Shown: positions 10,965-23,357, counted from the stretch's first letter. The stretch is DNA of 33,845 nucleotides from Octopus bimaculoides (GCF_001194135.2 NC_068984.1:64555072-64588916), one strand, 5' to 3'. Notes: generated by a model from the letters alone, not told the origin. Program-made: numbers and translations.

Positions 10965-11320
10965 TTAGCGGTGTAGTAACAAGCTTGTTTCCCAACCACA
11001 TGGTTCCATGTTCAATCCCAATGTGTTGCAAATTTCTTCTATAAATTTAGGTTGACCAAAGCCTTGTGAGTGGTTTCGGTAGGTGGAAACAGAAAGAAGC
11101 CCATCATATATATGATATATGTGTGTATGTGTGTGTCTCTTTTCATCTGTGCTTGAAAACTGGTGTTGGTGTGTTTACGTCTCTGTAACTTATCAAAAGA
11201 TACCAATAGAATAAGTATCAGGCTAAAAACAGATAAGTATTGGGATCGATTCATTCAACTAAAAATCTTTCAAGGTGGTGCGCCAGCATGGCTGCAGTCT
11301 ATTGACTGAAACAAGTAACA
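10965..11320 (+). mobile_element. SINE-B copy
   Basis: ccaaccacatggttccatgttcaatccc...gaccaaagccttgtgagtgg...ccagcatggctgcagtctattgactgaaacaagtaa. Confidence 0.88.
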
Positions 11321-13945
11321 TAGAATATGTTTCAAAGATTTAGAAGAGTCTTAAAGTGGTGTAATTTTTAAGTTCTACTTAGAATGAAGCAGATTGTTAC
11401 AGTGTTTATAAGCATACCATAGAATTGTGCGCATTGAAAAAATAAAATGTTATTCAGGAATAGTTTGCATTGTTTATGACATGTATTTTAGTTAAAATTG
11501 AATTATCTTTGCAATAAAGTATTTACCAGAACAAAATTATATTATTTTGAAAAGCCATTCACAAGTTTACTGCATTGGAAAACGATATAATTTCTAACAC
11601 TATAATGTTAATAAGATAATGTTAAATATATATANNNNNNNNNNNNNNNNNNNNNNNNNNNNNNNNNNNNNNNNNNNNNNNNNNNNNNNNNNNNNNNNNN
11701 NNNNNNNNNNNNNNNNNNNNNNNNNNNNNNNNNNNNNNNNNNNNNNNNNNNNNNNNNNNNNNNNNNNNNNNNNNNNNNNNNNNNNNNNNNNNNNNNNNNN
11801 NNNNNNNNNNNNNNNNNNNNNNNNNNNNNNNNNNNNNNNNNNNNNNNNNNNNNNNNNNNNNNNNNNNNNNNNNNNNNNNNNNNNNNNNNNNNNNNNNNNN
11901 NNNNNNNNNNNNNNNNNNNNNNNNNNNNNNNNNNNNNNNNNNNNNNNNNNNNNNNNNNNNNNNNNNNNNNNNNNNNNNNNNNNNNNNNNNNNNNNNNNNN
12001 NNNNNNNNNNNNNNNNNNNNNNNNNNNNNNNNNNNNNNNNNNNNNNNNNNNNNNNNNNNNNNNNNNNNNNNNNNNNNNNNNNNNNNNNNNNNNNNNNNNN
12101 NNNNNNNNNNNNNNNNNNNNNNNNNNNNNNNNNNNNNNNNNNNNNNNNNNNNNNNNNNNNNNNNNNNNNNNNNNNNNNNNNNNNNNNNNNNNNNNNNNNN
12201 NNNNNNNNNNNNNNNNNNNNNNNNNNNNNNNNNNNNNNNNNNNNNNNNNNNNNNNNNNNNNNNNNNNNNNNNNNNNNNNNNTATATATATATATATATAT
12301 ATATAATTTCTTTTATCAATCACCAGTACTTGGTTGTCACAGCTAAAAGTCAAAAGATGCTGCTGATATTTCCATCAGAAAATTAAAAAAATATAACAAA
12401 GATAGAATTTTTGCAACTGAGTTTAAACTATAAATTCTTGCAGAGTTGTTTGGAAGTCTTTCAGGTAAACACATTCTTCTTTTTTTTTAAGGGAGGTTAT
12501 CTAGAACTAATATTAGAGACAATATAAAGCTAAATTTGGCAACTTGAAGTCAATGACACAAACTAAGATTCCATGAAAAGCAAACAATCGCCAGTGGTAC
12601 TAGAATCTGTAATCCATTGGATTATGAAGTCACTGCTAAAATGGCAAGGCAGCTAAATGCAACAGTGTTCTTAAGTAAAACACAAAATTATTACACTTTT
12701 AACCAAGACACAAGAACGATGTATTTTTAATTGTCACTTTATTCTCAAGTATTATTGACAGGCATACATATAATTCTTGTTATAAGCCATTTTTCATGTG
12801 TACTCATGTGAATCAGTCTCATGCAGACTGTTAATGACAGTACACTAATTAAATGCAATGTAATTACTGAAGCATTAATGCAACAATAGATCAGCAGTAC
12901 AAAATTTTTTAAGCCTTGTTAATGATAAATGTAAAAATATGTTATATTTTCTTTTTAAAGTCAATGATAAAATTTAAGCAGTGCTCATAATCTTTGTAAT
13001 AGGTTCTCCGATATGTATGTCCTTAAAGATTGTTGTTTTTCTCCAAACAAACCAATTACAGCTCAGAAGACATTATATTCTTTTATTTAAATGAGTTAGT
13101 CAGAGAAAGGACAGTGTTATGATGCTTTTGAAAGTTTCCAAGACTGGTGGGTGGAACCAAGCAAGTCACTTTGGCTTGAATACTTGTAAACAGTTAATGA
13201 CCAGTTGACTGTGCTAAAGCAGCTGACAAATTAAACATCTAACATTGGCTTCAAAAGAAACATAGGATACTAGATACAAAGTACCACTCAGCTGACTCAC
13301 TAATCTTTTATTTACTTACAGGTAGAATGGGATTATAGTGCACTATGTCAAGATACCAGATGCTGACTACTTAATCTAGCTGTATGGTAACCTAACAACT
13401 TAGACATAGCACTGTCAATTAGCAAGAACACCAATCATAATAATAGATTTTTTTAATGTCAAGTGGGTATTACGACAGTCTTTTAGCTTCTGTATTCACT
13501 CACTAGCATCTTGTTGTCTCAATCCAGAACGCTTCAACGTCTGTAAGATTATTCAACAGTTTCAGGAGTAATATGTTAACCTGGATGGAAATATTCATGC
13601 GGTAATAAAATTAATTTCAGTCAAGTCTGTGTATCTCGAAATGCTACAAGATGGGGAAAATAAAGAGCTATTTTTAGCAGAAAGAATATTAAGATGGTTG
13701 ATAATGATTTGAGATGATGAGGTTCCTCTAATGGAGGTCTCTTTAACTGTATATTAAAACATTAGGCCATAGCAACTGGATGACCTTTACTGTGATATTG
13801 CCTGTTACCAAATATTGATCTTGTCAAGTCCGCAAATTTCTTCTATAATCAATATTTTTATGTAACACAGAAAGGTTTGGTATTTATCTAAACAGAAAAA
13901 GAAAAAAAACGCATAACACACCATAGATTAATTAATTGCATGCAT

Positions 13946-13968
13946 GTGTACACACACACACACACACA
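13946..13968. repeat. (CA)n microsatellite
   Basis: Visible directly. Confidence 0.85.
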
Positions 13969-14321
13969 TATGACAATTACTTTATGAGAGAGTCAATTTA
14001 ATTTAGTAAAGATGCTGAAAAACTATTATATTCTTCAATTTCCATTTATTGCCTTATGATACAGTCAAATATGATGTATCAAAAGTTTTATCGGTTTGGT
14101 TATTGAATCTTTAGAGTTGCATCAATGACAAGGTTGCAGAAGTGTGATGAAACTTTTTACAACTTCATAATAGACAATGAATGAAAAGTGAATATATCAG
14201 TTGCTATATGTTCTTAAATGACAAAAGTGAATCTTATAAAATGCAGTTCAGTTTCAGCAAACAGTTCTCAAACCAAGTTATTTTCCCAAACAAGCAAAAC
14301 TTTAAAATAAATCTTTTATCA

Positions 14322-14715
14322 TTTATCTTTTACTTGTTTCAGCCATTGGATTGTGGCAATGCTGGAGTATTGCCTTGGAGAATTTAGTTGAACAGATCAG
14401 TATCAGCACTCAGTTATTTTAAGCCTGGTGCTTATTCTATAGGTCTCTTTTACAGAACTGCCAAGTTATGGAGATGTAATCAAACCAACACCAGTTGTCA
14501 AGCAGTGGTCACACAGACACACGCACACACACACACACATACACACACACTCTGTCTCTCTGTTTCAGTTTCTGCCTACCAAATCCACTCACAAGGATTT
14601 GATCAGTCTAAGGCTATAGAAGAAGAGATTTTTTCCAGGTGCCATGCTGTGGGACTGAACCCAAACCCATGTACCTGGGAAGAAAACTTCTTGCTACAAT
14701 GTCATGTCTGCACCT
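14322..14715 (-). mobile_element. SINE-B copy with internal (CA)n
   Basis: ttttacttgtttcagcc...ctaccaaatccactcacaagg...gtgggactgaacccaaa. Confidence 0.88.
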
Positions 14716-15854
14716 ATATTTAGATTTCTTCCAAAATAATTTTTACAATATGACCCCATAAATAATATATATGATCAAACAATTACATATTCATAATTTC
14801 AACCTAGCTGAATTCCATTTAGCTGCACCAACATGGATCAGAAAAGTACACAGAATTGCCAAAATGAGTAAAATTATCTATAACAAATATGTTTAATATA
14901 AGAATGGATAAGTACTGTCCCAAAATTGTCTAAGATGACCATTCCCTAATCATTGTTTGCAAAAAGTGCTTCAACTAAAATTATACTCAAAACCAAATCT
15001 AGTATACCAAATTTGATGCCAGAAAGAAGTAATTACTTTATTTCGATATAAATGGGAAAAGTATGACAGATATAAAATACATGATACAATATGCTACTGT
15101 TGTCAGACTATCACTACACTTTATCAAAGATTAATAATGCATCTATAGTGAAACAGCTTGCTTCACAATATTTAACAAAATTCTTATCAATAGACATTAA
15201 ATTAGTCTAAATAGAACTTGTCACTAAAAATAATAACTATATAACAGAACATAATACTTAATACTATCAAAATACACTCTAATTATCGATATACAAAAAA
15301 AGCAGTCGGAGTATACGTTAATATTCTTCCATAAAGGCCATTTTGGCAATTACCACATGTCTTATAATAAACAAGCAGAAGCAAGATATCATATATAAAT
15401 ACATAAACAACACGTTTTGTTGTTATTGCTCATTACTCTGAATATAAGATTAGATGACCTTGAAACTTTGATAAGATTTAATTGGAAAAAAGTTATATAT
15501 ACACTTCAGTTAATAACTGCAAACCTCATGAGGAAGTGGGAGAATAAGATCAGTTTGTATATGAGAGTGTACATTTATGTATGAATTTTATTGCTGTGGT
15601 TGGCATATGCTGTCAGTTTCTACTATTGATTTCTTAAATGAACATTCTTAAAGAATAAAGTCAGTGAGCAGATCTCTGTTACTGATAGGAAATCTAAATG
15701 TAAATATATTTTGGGGAAAATATCTTTAAAAACATTAAAAAAATATTGATATGTTTTAGAGTCAATCATCTTCATTTCAGCTAAACCCACTTGAAACAGA
15801 TATCTTTCACTCAGTTCAGTAGTTCCACCTAACTAGAATTAATGATAATAACAT

Positions 15855-16480
15855 TGTTTCTGATTTATGCACTACTAGCAATTTTTGAGGGGAGGGAAAT
15901 TGTTGATACAGCTACTCCAGTACTTCACTAGTATTTTACTTTATCAACCCTGGAGAGATGAATGACAAAAATTACTTTGCTATGGTTTGAACTCAGAACA
16001 CAAAGAGTCAGAGGAAATACTGCAAATTATTTTGTCAGGCATCCAAATGATCCTACCAGCCTGCCACCTTTGTTTCTACTATAAGCACTAAGTCTGAAAT
16101 TCAGAGAAGGAAGTGAGTTAAAGCCATCAACTCCATTACTTGAGTTGTAAATAATGTTACTGACTCCAAAGGAATGAAAGACAAAGTTGACATCAGTAGA
16201 ATTTGAATTCAGAATGTAAAGAGACAGAACAAATAATACAAAACATTTTTTCAAATGCTTTAAGAATTCTGCCAATTCACCAGCCTAATAGTTTTTTTAA
16301 TTTAAACACAAATTTAACAATTTTAAGGCTCTAAGATTAGGTAATAAGCATTAATGCCAGTACATGACTGGTGCTTTATTTTATTGATCCCAAAAGGAAT
16401 AAAGGCATAGCGAACCTCAATAAGAGCTGGAACAAATACAAGGCATTTTTCCCAAGGCTCTGACGATTATACCAGAACTG
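15855..16480 (-). mobile_element. Three tandem head-to-tail degenerate SINE-A copies (~15855-16068, ~16072-16282, ~16290-16480)
   Basis: Repeated gaatgaaag/acaaagttgac/gaatttgaa(c/t)tcagaa and ttctgcca blocks. Confidence 0.75.
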
Positions 16481-16617
16481 GAGTGGTATACTGCTAGTTC
16501 TGTAAGAACATCACTAAATGATCTATAATAATGAATAAATTTGAGTACATTAAAAAAAAACTGCAATGCTATGATCTTTGAATATTTTCTGAGCATTCAT
16601 CTAACCACAACTGTTAA

Positions 16618-16847
16618 CCCTTTTGCTAACTTTAAACATACTTGCTAAATTTTGAGTGTTTTCATTAATCTTGATCATTCTTGTTAACCCTAAGTACTGC
16701 CATGCATATTTCCCATTGCATACACTTACTTGCTTAGAATATTTTTATTAAGCTGGAACAATTTTGTTATCCATAAACATCCTTGTTAACCTTGAACATT
16801 ATCATGCATGTTCTCTAAGATGAACTTGATTCAAGGAAGAAAAATGG
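16618..16847. mobile_element. Candidate TTAA-flanked MITE
   Basis: TTAA at 16614-16617, then cccttttg...aaaatgg, then TTAA at 16848-16851; internal repeated cttgttaacc. TIRs are short and imperfect. Confidence 0.35.
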
Positions 16848-17369
16848 TTAATGCATTTCTCAAACCATAAATTATAAGTATTAGTAATGATGATGATGAT
16901 GATGATGGTGATGATGTGTCCCTTTAAAAACAAAATTCAAAAAATAAGTGTTACATTGGCTAATACATACCAGCTTTGACTAACTATTATCTTTGGTTAT
17001 AGACTTTTTAATTAGAAACTAATGCTAAACTGGTGCCAAGAAATCAAAGTGGATGAAGCTAATGGCTCATAAAATCAAATTCTCTAATAAGTATCGGATA
17101 TCTTCTGAGAGTATTGTTACTGGTTCTGCATTGATTTGCCCGTTTCCTTTTTTTTTTTTTTTTTTTTGAAATTTCATTTTTATTCGTCAGTATTTTTCAA
17201 GGAAGTAGGGGGAGAATTTTTTTTTACATTCATGATAAAGAATATGCTTTCTCTTATATCTTTTTGTTTTATTGTGGGGGGTGAGGGGAAGTGGATGTAC
17301 ATGGAACTGTTTTTTTTACTTTACGTTTCTGCATTTCTGTTTTATTTTGTTTTTGCCTTTTCTTTTCAG

Positions 17370-17389
17370 CCAAGTAGCCAATTATATTA
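17370..17389 (+). CDS. Candidate 20-nt micro-exon (QVANYI)
   Basis: Very long pyrimidine tract ending ttttgccttttcttttcag|, followed 20 nt later by |gtaagc. No homology evidence. Confidence 0.2.
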
Positions 17390-18454
17390 GTAAGCTCAGT
17401 TGTCTTTCTGGAATATTCCCAGAAAAACACAAAAATATGAAGAAAATTGAATTTTGATCTTTTACTTCTTAATAGTTATATTTCTATAACATATATAAAA
17501 GTAACACAGACACACACACTTTTATATATACACTGTGTGTTAGAAGCCTGTAAGCAACTCATATTTGAAATAGGTTTCTCTATTTATAAGTTGGGATTTC
17601 ACTCAGACAATATCAATAAGATTATACAGCTTCATGTAGACCATGTCAGCTTCTTCATTGTTTGCTTTTACCATTTTCAAAGAAATGCTGGTATTTGTAT
17701 TTCGTAGTGAAACAGATAAAGAATTAAGCTGAATAAATTCAAGAATACAAGGAATTATTTTACAATAGTTTCTTGTTTCCATTTCTTCCAGTGTTGAGTA
17801 ATTCATAACTATTATTGTCTGTCTGCACATTATACAATTATTTCTATACATTTCATATCAATGATGTTAACAACTGGATAGGTTTCCACTTGTTTTCTGT
17901 TAAAATAGATAATCTGCAGAAATATCTAGTTCAGACTCTTTTCTTAGCTGGTTATAACATAATTCTGACTAGTGGAGAAATGCTTAATATCATAGGATAT
18001 AAAACCCCTGCATGACATGAGTTCTATGCTCAACTGGCACCAGCTGAATGCACCTTGTATGGGTCCTTGTCAAGAGTTATAGATCCTGAGCAATGAGTAG
18101 ATAGCCTCATAGCTTTGAGAGACAAAGAGACTAGAGAGTAAGTCCTAAATAAATCAAGAGTGAAGCATTAAGTTGGTCTAGTGTTAGCATTAGCATTCTC
18201 CTGGCAATTCCAGCAGACATATTGGTACCAAATGTACCACTCTGTATCCCACTGGATCGCACCAGTGAAATCAAAATAGGAATCCTGTCATAAATAACTC
18301 ACAGCCTCTAATATTCCCAGTTCAAACATTTGCCCTGGAGAAGTCACTTGAGTGCTATGATGGAAAACATTAGTAACAACACAAGATGTTGCTGCCTCTC
18401 CCATGGTGAGTTATGGTTCAAATGATGCCAATGATAACAACAATTGATAAGAGT

Positions 18455-18675
18455 GCTTCTAGTTTCAGTATAAGGTCAGCAATTTTGAAGGGTCAATGGT
18501 ATTAGTTGATTATATCAAAACCAGTACTTGATTGGTACTTTGTTTTACCACCACAAAAGGAATGAAAGACTAAGTTAACCATGGCAAGTTTTGACTTTAA
18601 AACATAAAGCAGTAGAACCACAGATATGTTGTCCAATGATCTAACAATTCTGCAAAAATCATTGTTGCCATCACA
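18455..18675 (-). mobile_element. Degenerate SINE-A copy
   Basis: ccagtacttgattggtactttg...aaggaatgaaagactaagttaacc...ctaacaattctgc. Confidence 0.7.
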
Positions 18676-18802
18676 TTTTACCATCTATACATAAATTATA
18701 AAATATCAATGTATTATATAAAGTACTGAAATAATCCATTATAACTGTTGCAGTTACCATCATTGTTACATTATTGTTATTATCATTATTATTTATTATT
18801 AA

Positions 18803-19400
18803 AACGAGAGTTGCTGGAACCATTAGCATGCTGGATAAAAAGCATAGTGATATTTCATCTGTCTTTACATTATGAGTTCAAATCCTGCCAAGGTTTACTT
18901 TACATTTCATCCTTTCAGGGTCGATAAAATAAGTACCAGTTACACACTAGGATCGATGTAATCAACTAGTTCTCTCCCCCAAAATTTCAAGCCTTGTGCC
19001 TATAGTAGAAAGGATTATTATTATTATTGGCAGAAATGTTAGTACACTGGGCAAAATGCTTAGCAGTATTTTGCCCATCTTTATGTTTTGAGTTCAAATT
19101 CTTCCAAGGTCAACTTTGCCTTTCATCCTTTCAGGGTCGATAAATTAAGTACAGTCAAGTACTGGGGTCAATGTGATTGACTTATCCACTCCCAACAAAT
19201 TTCAGGCTTTGTGCCTTTAATAGACTTGGTGGCATTTCTTCTGACTTTACATTCTGAGTTCAAATGCCACCAAGGTCGGCTTTGCCTTTCATCCTTTCGG
19301 GGTCGATAAAATAAGTACCAGTTGAATATAGGGTTGATTTACTTGACTTAACCCCTACTCCAAACGTATTGACCCTGTGCTAAAATTTGAAACGATTATT
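18803..19400 (+). mobile_element. Three tandem SINE-A copies (~18803-19015, ~19028-19222, ~19225-19395) separated by ATT tracts
   Basis: Each contains gagttcaaat...tttcatcctttc(a/g)gggtcgataaa...aagtac; the third lacks its head. Confidence 0.88.
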
Positions 19401-19502
19401 ATCATCATCATCATCATTATTACTATTATTATTATTATATTATATTATAAAAGGATTGATAAAACTCTTCACAAAGGTAAATAGAAAAGATGAAGAGCAT
19501 GA

Positions 19503-19628
19503 TGTGATTGCAATAGATATTTTATTGGTTGAATGATATTTTGACAGCAAGCCTGTCTTTGTCGAGTTACAAAGATAGGCTTGCTGTCGAAATATCATTC
19601 AACCCATAAAATATCTATTGCAATCACA
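19503..19628. repeat. 126-bp near-perfect palindrome (60-bp arms, 6-nt loop)
   Basis: 19503-19562 versus the reverse complement of 19569-19628: 57/60 identical; loop cgagtt. Confidence 0.95.
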
Positions 19629-19643
19629 CACACTCCTCGTCTT

Positions 19644-19990
19644 GTTATTATTATTATTGTTCAGTAGTTTTATTTTTATAACGTGCTTTCACTTCACTAC
19701 CGAGCGCAGCTCTGTGCGCCTTGGGTGTGTGCTGTGGTTTGCTGTGGTGCTCTTATGTTTACTGTATTGAAAGTGTTTTGCGTAGAATGTGTGCAGTACC
19801 CAGTAGTGCAATTTTCTGTATGTTATATATATTTGTAAGTCCTGGTATTTTTGTTATGTATTTGTCTGAATATTTTTTTATTATACCTAAGGCACCTACT
19901 ATGATAGGAATTGTTTCTGTTTTTAGGTTCCACATTCGAGTTATCTCTATTTCCAGGTCTTTGTATTTTGAAAGTTTTTCCATTTCTTTT
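19644..19990 (-). mobile_element. Short 5'-truncated R4/Dong-clade LINE (REL C-terminus, 3' UTR, AAT tail)
   Basis: Intact frame KEMEKLSKYKDLEIEITRMWNLKTETIPIIVGALG...IQKIALLGTAHILRKTLSIQ*; (AAT)n on the sense strand at both ends. Confidence 0.92.
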
Positions 19991-19991
19991 A

Positions 19992-20025
<34 letters not shown>

Positions 20026-20896
20026 TACTTTTACTCTGCATGTTTGTTACACTCACTCGCCAAGGCACACCCAGCATCCTAAGCTGAGTGCAGGGTAAGA
20101 GATGTTACAGTATGACTGAAAGCTTGNNNNNNNNNNNNNNNNNNNNNNNNNNNNNNNNNNNNNNNNNNNNNNNNNNNNNNNNNNNNNNNNNNNNNNNNNN
20201 NNNNNNNNNNNNNNNNNNNNNNNNNNNNNNNNNNNNNNNNNNNNNNNNNNNNNNNNNNNNNNNNNNNNNNNNNNNNNNNNNNNNNNNNNNNNNNNNNNNN
20301 NNNNNNNNNGGGGGGGGGGGGAGAAGTGACAGGGGCAGTAGCAAAATATCTTCATGTAATACAACACATACATTTAAATTGATAGGGTTTCTTTAAGGAT
20401 GTGGACAGTACTTGTGAGCACAATCTTTTGGATTTAACTGAGACATGTTTCTCCTGGAATATTATCTAGATGTTTCTGACATCCCTTTCTTATCATACCT
20501 AGGGCGCTCACAATAGCAGGAAAAGTTCTCATTTTAAGATGCCACATCTTTTGTATTTCAATTTCCAGATGCTTATATTTACCTAATTTGTCAAATTCCT
20601 TTACAGATATATGTTTGTCAGTGGGAACACTTACATCTGTTAGTCTCCAAGAATTTTCTTCTCTGTCTTTATTGACGGTGTTGACTGGAAAATCCCAGAG
20701 GATAGCGACATTTTTACTTTCAACAACTGATGTTCATACCAGTAAGCAGGATTGCTGATTTTGTAGTGTTTACATATTTTCCAATGTAAATACTGTCCTA
20801 CCCTATTATGGTGATTTTTGTATTCATTTGGTGTCAGCACAAGACATCCCGAAGCGAGATGATTTATTGTTGAATCAAATTTTTCGCAGAATCTGA
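20026..20896 (-). mobile_element. 5'-truncated degenerate R4/Dong-clade LINE (contains an assembly gap in the 3' UTR)
   Basis: RFCEKFDSTINHLASGCLVLTPNEYKNHHNRVGQYLHWKICKHY, then TDVSVPTDKHISVKEFDKLGKYKHLEIEIQKMWHLKMRTFPAIVSALG...ILKETLSI* (stop at 20374-20376). Confidence 0.9.
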
Positions 20897-20938
20897 TTAT
20901 TGTTATTATCATTACCATTATCATCATTGTCCTTGTTG

Positions 20939-20976
<38 letters not shown>

Positions 20977-20986
20977 NNNNNNNNNN

Positions 20987-21026
<40 letters not shown>
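20897..21026. repeat. (ATT)n-rich microsatellite with gap
   Basis: Visible directly. Confidence 0.9.
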
Positions 21027-23302
21027 TCATGTGAGCTTCTTTGTAGGGATTTGTAAGGTTTGTATTCATATGCTTCACTTTGTTTTGTAATTTATTTTGT
21101 CGTTTCTGAACTTACTTTAGTGTTTCATCTGTTTGGTGTATATAATATATTTAATGTGAATTGTGTTATTTTGTTGGATGGGGATTTTTTTTTCCTTCAA
21201 TAGCTTTATTTTTATTGCATGTTTACACTGCATTAACAAGCACTGTTCTGTGTGCCTTAAATATCTGCAATGTTTTGCTTTGGTATTGTATTTTCTTATT
21301 GTATTGATATACATAATAAAATCTCTGCAGTGCCTAGTAGAGTATTATCTGTATGATATGAGTATTACTAACAAGTATCAGTATTTGGTGATGCCCAGCT
21401 ATTATATCAAAGCCATACTATGCTCCAGCATGGAGCATATTGAAGTAAATGGAAACTATTATACTAAACTATTTCACTATGTCAGTATGTTGCTTAATGT
21501 TGCCGTAAATATAACTGGAATATTTTTTTTAACAAAGTAAGATTTAAGTAATGGCAGGAGAGGGAACTCTGTGTTAACATAATATAAATGAATGCTGCAA
21601 TACATCATGATTGATAGAAAGGAAAAATGGAAAAATAAAAAGATGAACTTTTAACATCCAATATGACATGAATCTACCCAGCAATGCATGTATTGCTCAG
21701 TACTGTACCTCCTGAAACCACCTGAACTGAAACCCTCTTTGGGATTTTGTCTTTTTAGAAAGAAGTTTATGTTAAATATAAATGAAAAAGACCAACAAAT
21801 ATGTTGATGAAGTACAAGGTGGGGTTTGAATATCAGGAGCACTTGCAGGATAGGATTTTACTAAAGACCATGCTGGTGGTCTACAAACATTTAAAAGACT
21901 AATCCTGGAGACTGTCAGGCCTTTCAATGTTCAGATTGTCTTATAAATGCTTATGAGTGCATTTTGGTACACCTTCTTTCAACATGAGTGACAGAGGAAG
22001 CGTTTAACTGACAATATAACTCTTTTTTGTTTTTTATCAGAATAAACTGTATTTGAATAAAATGAGAAGCAAACTCTGCAATAATCTTTCTTTTCTCTGA
22101 CCCTGTAACTGCTCCAAATTTCCTCTAGTTTCCTATAAAAGAGGCAATCACACTAATCTTAGAACCTACAAATGCTCTCTTCCCAAGGTCGTACTTATTT
22201 CTCATTTTCAACACCACAATCTAAAATCATTCAACTGCAGGTCTTCCAAAATGTTTTTACTACAATTACTTACAAGCTCTACAATACTCTGCATCTACAC
22301 AAAAATGGTTAACCTTGTAGATGACCACTTCAAGAAAAATCTTCATATCCACAATACCAAGGACATTTCAATATGCTAAGTCATCCCAACATTCAAGTTG
22401 TTAGACCACTCCACTGAACTACTTATTGGTCTGTAAATCTGCTTTCATATATTTTCTTATATCCATAAAGCTAAGCATGTTGCCTTACCCTTACACAATT
22501 TTTCTTATATTGATACAAATGAATGATTTTCCTTTTAATTGTTACTCATCTACATTTTTACAATCAACTTTAAAATTTTTTTTCTACTTTTTGAAGCTCT
22601 GATGCCAGTTCACTCTTATGGTTACATATGCTCTTGCTAAAGATTGCTATCATCATAAACCTAAGCCCATACAATGTCATTCCTCTTCGGCAAGTTTCTA
22701 GTTATTTTTCTCCACAAATTACCTTCCAAATATTCTCTCTTTCCCAGTCACACCTCATTCTCTCCCCTTTTCTTCCCAAATGATCTTGCTTTACATACTT
22801 TCTACATAGTGTATATATGCCTTTATATGTCAGTGTGAATGCTTAATCATTTATGTGTATGAATACAAGCATGTATTCATGTATACATACAGGTATACCA
22901 GGCATGTAGACCAAGCAAGAATATAGAACTATCATTTGTATCTTAAATTCTTTTAATTCTTTATGTTCTCTTTACTTGTATGTGGAAGAAGTGTATGTAC
23001 ATTTATACATATATCACTTTACTCATAAATGCATGTATAAAGATACTTCCAAATTTTTGCTCTACTTCTGTCCACTTTTTTTGCTTCATTAGTCTGGTTG
23101 ATGATCATCATCTGCACTGCTTGATTATGATGCTCTTCAAACATTTTTTTTTAAATCTTCAACTCCATTTATAGATACATACTACTCTTCACTTCTTTCT
23201 GCTGAACTCTACCAAGAATCTTAGAATCCATGTCTCCTCACATTACATGAACTTATTGAAGTTTTAAATTGGAATAAGTTATAAATTTATCATTCCTTTC
23301 AG

Positions 23303-23357
23303 TAATATCACAGAATAAAACAGCTTTCCATAGTTTTATTTCAAAATGCACAATTAG
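23303..23357 (+). CDS. Candidate 55-nt exon, phase 1 to phase 2 (ISQNKTAFHSFISKCTI)
   Basis: Acceptor tttatcattcctttcag| and consensus donor AG|gtaagt; only one frame is open. No homology evidence. Confidence 0.3.

Noticed and set aside
11600-12386. 239-255-aa ORFs
   Set aside because: Almost entirely N-gap.
12557-12730. 57-codon open frame (…NPLDYEVTAKMARQLNATVFLS…)
   Set aside because: No usable pyrimidine-rich acceptor and no recognised family.
13322-13366. Strong acceptor with branch-like actaat followed by VEWDYSALCQDTRC*
   Set aside because: Stops after 14 codons; cannot distinguish a terminal exon from chance.
15280-15360. Minus-strand TCGNCQNGLYGR resembling an EGF/laminin fragment
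   Set aside because: Cysteine spacing does not continue, the frame stops soon after and the donor is poor.
20310-20321. Poly-G run next to a gap
   Set aside because: Typical sequencing or assembly artefact at a contig end; not evidence of a G-quadruplex.
21163-21540. 125-aa plus-strand ORF ending near a gtaaga donor, with a small 8-bp hairpin at 21419-21439
   Set aside because: Composition mirrors AT-rich non-coding DNA; no motif; the hairpin is short enough to arise by chance.
22050-22760. Strand-biased segment suggestive of a very old LINE
   Set aside because: No RT or endonuclease motif could be aligned with confidence.
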